From assembly GCA_041738415.1 (NCBI GenBank), contig JBGSPU010000102.1:474-64473 (forward strand): DNA of 64,000 nt, read 5' to 3'. How positions within the stretch are numbered: position 1 is the stretch's first letter; each line of letters opens with the position of its first letter. Shown piece after piece: positions 59,540 through 64,000 of the stretch. The DNA comes from Bythopirellula sp. (GTDB taxonomy: Bacteria; Planctomycetota; Planctomycetia; Pirellulales; Lacipirellulaceae). The position numbers were made by a program, and so were the translations under genes. The notes below the pieces were generated by a model. That model worked only from the letters and a program-made list of their open reading frames with translations, searched no databases and was not told where the DNA came from.

Positions 59540-62500
59540 ATGCGCCTGCTACATCGTCCAACGATTTGTCTGATCGTGTTGGGTCTCGCTTCGCCTTTGT
59601 ACGGACAGGGATCGTCTTTCCCAAACCAGCCACAGACAACGCAACCTTCGGCACCAACTAACTTGGATCGCCAAATCCACATTTCCGATGGCCATGGTCA
59701 ACAGCGTGTGCTCTGGGAACGTCGCACTGGCGCGCAAACCTATATTGCGATTTTCCGGGAAGTGGTAGGCACGATCTTTACGCGCCAAGGGGGCGTCGAT
59801 TCGCTGGTATGGGATCGGCAGGATGGTGGAAAATTCTACGGAAACGTCGAAGTTCAGGCGAACGGGCACGTGGTCAAAGTCACCGATATCGAATGGAATC
59901 AAGAAAAGCTATATCGCGATGATGGTTCTTGGGAGTGGACACTGTCGTCACGGGATACGCTGGATCTTACCGCGGACGCTGACCCAGAGCCACGACCAGT
60001 ATTCACACTCTTCGCTTCCCGGAATGAGGTCAGAATTCTCGATCATTCCGACAACCGGATTTACTGGACAGACGCGACCATTGAATCGAATCGGGTGACC
60101 AGAGACCTGGAAAACAGCGACTATACATTTGTCAATAGCGAGGGCCTGACGGTAACCATTCATCCAGACGGCAGCCGAAGCCTAAAGTCGGCACGGGGCC
60201 AGTCGGAAATCGACGCTGGTGGCCGCATAAAGAATCAATTCAACGCCGAAGGGAAACTTACCCACAGATATCACTACGGTCGAACATCCGATGGCAAAGT
60301 CCAACTCGACCAGTATGAAAACAATACTGGACTCTGGAACCTTAGGAATCCCGATCGCCAGCATAATGAAAAAATGAAGTGGGAGCTTCAGAATCCCTTG
60401 CGTGGTCCGAAGGTCACCCTGGAATCGGATCGTTATTTTGTGAATCGGCAGAATGAACTTGTGGCGCAGTCTCAGCCCTCCTTTATCCAAGTCAGTACGA
60501 CGGATGGAACGGTCGTCACGAGTAAGGTCAAGGATCTGGCGGAATCCAAGCACGGACTCACCCGCGAAACGACCATCGAAGCCAAACAATTCGTCAATGG
60601 CCGGCTGCTCGACTACCTCGCGATGACCGAGATAACCGATGCCAAGGGAAAATCTCAGAGCAAAACCTTGAAGAGTCCGGCGGGCCTATTCCGCAGTCAA
60701 GATGGACGGACTTGGGAACGAGTCGATCAAGATGGAATACGTATTGAGGGCTCTCAACCATGGCTTGGCGACATCACAATCGCGACAGCACCGGGTACTC
60801 TCAAGTTTTCCGACGGCAGGGTACACCACTATAGCTCGGGTGCGTTGATCCGTCACCACGGCTCCGCCCACGAGGATCTGGAATCTAGCGTCGACGCCAT
60901 CGACGAACGGAAAGGACAGCCACGCGTAACCGTTCTGGCGACCAGCGGAATCCATTTCACGAAGTTTCCAGACGGGGCTGAGGTGGTCCGTGGCCGCCGG
61001 GGAGAGACTCTTTCGGCGCGCTATTCGGATGGAACTGTCTATATCTTCGATACGGAGATCACCGCATCGGGAAAACGGCTACTGGCGGGGCTCGCAAAAT
61101 TAAGAAACGATCACGACCTCGTTAACGAATGGAAATGGAAATCCGTTCGCAACGACGCTGGGGCGGAGATTGGCGGCTATTTTCAAGATCGGGATGGAAA
61201 TCTTTCGTTCACCAAACTCGAGTTGAGTGGCTCAGGCCAGCTGGTTGAGCGAACTGAAGGCGAACTTGGAAATCTCACGACAATCACTCACCACCGGGAT
61301 GGCACAACGACCATCAAGCGGGACGACACGGTCAATCGCGACGGTCTGGAAGTTGTGCTGGATCCCATGGGCCGAATCGTTCAGATATTGGACAGTTTCG
61401 GCTGGGTACGCCACGACCTGACCGCTACTGGCGAAAGAGTTATTTCGACCGGCGCAGCACGCATCCAATACGACGATCAGGGCAGGATCGCTCTTTTTGA
61501 TAGCCCTGCTGCCGTGGTGGTTACCGATAAATATCAGCCGACCGCCGAACGCCCATTGCCGTCGGATCGCGAGATTATTCATGCGAGTGGAATTGAGTTC
61601 GAAGGCATCGGCGACTATTGCTTGACTTATACACGCAAGAACGATGGTCATACCGTGACCACATTTCCCGATGGCAGGCTGCGCGAATACGCCATCTTCA
61701 GCGGAGAGTCGCGCCTCGTGAGATCCCAGGAATGGAGCGGCGATCAGATCGCCATCACGCGCGACGATGACGGGCAAGTGCAATCGGCAACCCGGACGAA
61801 AGCCGATGGCGCGACCACCACGGTTCTTTGCACGTCGGAGACGGAAGCCGACGCTCGACCCGATCCACTTGAATCGCCGACGGATATTCGCGTCGCCAAG
61901 GGGGAGATTCTGGCGTTGGAGCGAGACAAGCGGGTTTGGATTCAATTTCAGAATCCTGACGGCCTGCGTGTCGAACTCCTGACCGACGGTGCCGAGTTCC
62001 ATTGGCAACAAGTTGGTGAACAGTGGCACTTGGTCTTTGCCAAGGATCGCAAAGGAAAGGAGTCGCGGTTTGCCTACAGCGCCGATGGCAAACTTCAATC
62101 GGCCACGGGCTCCGACTTTGAACTCGCCAGAGATTCAGCGTCGGGGCTGATCCAGGGCCGCGTTGGTGATTCCAGCGGTGACACGGGTGACAGCGAGCAA
62201 TTTCTGGATTTCCATATTGGGCGCTCGGCGGGAACGTATTGGCTGACTATCGACAAACGATTGGGCCGCGACCAAAAAACGGCGCAAACGATCTTCGACC
62301 TATACCGCGGCAGTCGTATTAACGTTGATATGGATGGGGTAAGCGAGGAGTTCGACCATTTGGCCAGACCGATTTACGAATCTTACGCTGATGGCACCGA
62401 AATCAAGCACGTTTATCTGGACGACGGGGGACACCGAAAAGTTGGTTCTGATGGGAGCATCTGTGATTACCAGTTGGGACCCGATGGCAAGGAACGAGTA

Positions 62501-64000
62501 TTCTACAGAAAGACATCGAGCGGAGACGAATATCGAACCGTCTACAACGACACAACTGGCAGTCGTACAGAAATCGCACCTGGCGGGGTCATTAAGGACT
62601 ACATCATCGACAAGGCTGGGCATGAGCGGATTGTCTATGAAAAGGACGCCGAAGGAAATGAAACTAAACGCACCTTCGATCTCGACGAAGGTCGTTCTGT
62701 TGAACACCTCCCAGATGGAGCCACGACCGGCTTTGATAAAGACGGAAGAGTTCTTTACCACATCGACAAGGCCGGCAACACGTTCAATCACTTCTACAAC
62801 GATGATGGCGCGAAGTGGGTCGAAGGCACGGAGGAGGAAAAAATGGGGGCGAAGCACAACTCGAAGGTTGTGTTCGATACCGCGGGCCGACTGACCCACA
62901 AGCAAGAAGTGGACGGTCAAAAGATGGACTTCTTCTACTTCCGAGATGCCGAAGATGGAAACCTACAGGCAGAGGATTATATTCCCATTGCGTTTGAAGA
63001 TTTAGAACATAAATGGCAACGCGGTGAAAGCATGGCCGATGGTTTTGGCAACATCCAATGGGCGAAAAGGTCGGTCAAGGATCCCAAGGCAAAAGCGGAG
63101 GAGTGGATCGGTGTCGTTGAGTTTACGCCTTGGACGAATCCAAACGACGTCCGTTCGACCATCGACGCCGGCTACAAGCTCATCACACGTGAGGCGCCAG
63201 CGAACCCGCCGGAAGTGGAAGTGCCATCGCTCGTGATCGACCGTGACGACGCCGGTAGAATCACGCGGACGATCAGTGCCGATCGCGTGACGACGACCGA
63301 GTACGAGTGGGATGGAGACGAACTGAAAGGCGTGACGCGGACCATCCAGAATCCTGACAAGCCGTCGCGAACGATCGTGTTTCAACAGGCGGCGGACGGA
63401 ACTTGGACCGCTGGACAGGACGCCTACGACAAGCTGTGGGTGGATTCTCAGCAGGGAACTATCTATCTCAAAAGAGCAACGACGTGTCGACAGTTAATGG
63501 CTGATGGAACTGAGATCGAGACTATCTCGACGATCACGCGAGGCGAGTTTTGGAAACAGAATGCACGATTGTCTCAAGTTGTACGAAATACGCGTGGTCA
63601 AGTTCATTCGGTGAGGGACTCTCAAGGAAACACCACGGTGTTCGGGGCCAACTCCAAAGGCGAAATCATCTCCGCCATACAGGGCTCGTCGGGATTGATC
63701 AAACGCCCGGATGGCGCCTGGACCGATCCACTACAGCCCGGCAAGTTGATCCAGGCTGATTGCACGGTCGATCACTCCGGACGACAAGTCTGGAAAGGAC
63801 AGAATTCGAATCCTATCGTGCGCGAAGTAGCACCAGACGGCACCGTGACCGTAACGCGATTGGACGGGGAGAAAACTGTCTACAGTGCGGATGGGGTGAC
63901 AATCACCCACGTTCCGCGATCCAGCAGTGCGGTCAAACAGATCGTCACCAACGATTTGGATGAAATTCGCGTCGAGCTGCGCAATGGCAGCATTTACCAA
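59540..64000 (+). CDS. Giant secreted YD/RHS-like beta-repeat protein (at least 1487 aa, runs off the window)
   Basis: GGGAGG RBS, ATG at 59540; hand translation has no stop to base 64000 (4461 nt, in frame); signal peptide MRLLHRPTICLIVLGLASPLYG|Q; repeats YDDQGR, YSADGKL, FDKDGR, FDTAGRL, RDDAGRI, RNTRGQVHSVRDSQGNTT. Confidence 0.88.
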   Translation, partial: MRLLHRPTICLIVLGLASPLYGQGSSFPNQPQTTQPSAPTNLDRQIHISDGHGQQRVLWERRTGAQTYIAIFREVVGTIFTRQGGVDSLVWDRQDGGKFYGNVEVQANGHVVKVTDIEWNQEKLYRDDGSWEWTLSSRDTLDLTADADPEPRPVFTLFASRNEVRILDHSDNRIYWTDATIESNRVTRDLENSDYTFVNSEGLTVTIHPDGSRSLKSARGQSEIDAGGRIKNQFNAEGKLTHRYHYGRTSDGKVQLDQYENNTGLWNLRNPDRQHNEKMKWELQNPLRGPKVTLESDRYFVNRQNELVAQSQPSFIQVSTTDGTVVTSKVKDLAESKHGLTRETTIEAKQFVNGRLLDYLAMTEITDAKGKSQSKTLKSPAGLFRSQDGRTWERVDQDGIRIEGSQPWLGDITIATAPGTLKFSDGRVHHYSSGALIRHHGSAHEDLESSVDAIDERKGQPRVTVLATSGIHFTKFPDGAEVVRGRRGETLSARYSDGTVYIFDTEITASGKRLLAGLAKLRNDHDLVNEWKWKSVRNDAGAEIGGYFQDRDGNLSFTKLELSGSGQLVERTEGELGNLTTITHHRDGTTTIKRDDTVNRDGLEVVLDPMGRIVQILDSFGWVRHDLTATGERVISTGAARIQYDDQGRIALFDSPAAVVVTDKYQPTAERPLPSDREIIHASGIEFEGIGDYCLTYTRKNDGHTVTTFPDGRLREYAIFSGESRLVRSQEWSGDQIAITRDDDGQVQSATRTKADGATTTVLCTSETEADARPDPLESPTDIRVAKGEILALERDKRVWIQFQNPDGLRVELLTDGAEFHWQQVGEQWHLVFAKDRKGKESRFAYSADGKLQSATGSDFELARDSASGLIQGRVGDSSGDTGDSEQFLDFHIGRSAGTYWLTIDKRLGRDQKTAQTIFDLYRGSRINVDMDGVSEEFDHLARPIYESYADGTEIKHVYLDDGGHRKVGSDGSICDYQLGPDGKERVFYRKTSSGDEYRTVYNDTTGSRTEIAPGGVIKDYIIDKAGHERIVYEKDAEGNETKRTFDLDEGRSVEHLPDGATTGFDKDGRVLYHIDKAGNTFNHFYNDDGAKWVEGTEEEKMGAKHNSKVVFDTAGRLTHKQEVDGQKMDFFYFRDAEDGNLQAEDYIPIAFEDLEHKWQRGESMADGFGNIQWAKRSVKDPKAKAEEWIGVVEFTPWTNPNDVRSTIDAGYKLITREAPANPPEVEVPSLVIDRDDAGRITRTISADRVTTTEYEWDGDELKGVTRTIQNPDKPSRTIVFQQAADGTWTAGQDAYDKLWVDSQQGTIYLKRATTCRQLMADGTEIETISTITRGEFWKQNARLSQVVRNTRGQVHSVRDSQGNTTVFGANSKGEIISAIQGSSGLIKRPDGAWTDPLQPGKLIQADCTVDHSGRQVWKGQNSNPIVREVAPDGTVTVTRLDGEKTVYSADGVTITHVPRSSSAVKQIVTNDLDEIRVELRNGSIYQ

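Noticed and set aside
59549-64000. Many 60-290 aa track ORFs on both strands (for example 61232-62098, 62300-62920, 60182-60589)
   Set aside because: They overlap the single long + frame starting at 59540 and read as antisense or alternative-frame shadows with no recognisable motifs.

Overview
64 kb of bacterial chromosome, most likely a planctomycete (inference from the LE-x-R-x(2)-S-type export motif on the subtilase, the membrane Ser/Thr kinase, the FHA/coiled-coil protein and the gene content). Positions 1-57.8 kb are mostly housekeeping genes: six peptidases (S8, S9A, S41, S1C, M24, zinc metalloprotease), an ABC-2 exporter, ispH, trpD, a DksA-like protein, queF/C/E/D, accBC, two PPi-type phosphofructokinases, ppa, hisB, rsmA, ribE, pssA/psd, zwf and gnd. 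Small accessory insertions interrupt them: an IS1380 element plus an AT-richer duplicated-domain gene inside the que cluster, an AbrB-type antitoxin/Doc toxin pair, a methyltransferase, and a flavin-reductase pseudogene. At about 57.9-58.55 kb three gene fragments are joined (IS21 istA, transketolase, SirB1-like). After this come an exported chaperone-fold protein and a giant signal-peptide-bearing YD/RHS-like ORF (59540 to beyond 64000, at least 1487 codons). That ORF is absent from the supplied ORF track because it has no stop inside the window, and it is the best candidate for an undescribed system. I saw no rRNA, tRNA or CRISPR array. All family calls are from motif recognition by eye; no database searches were run.
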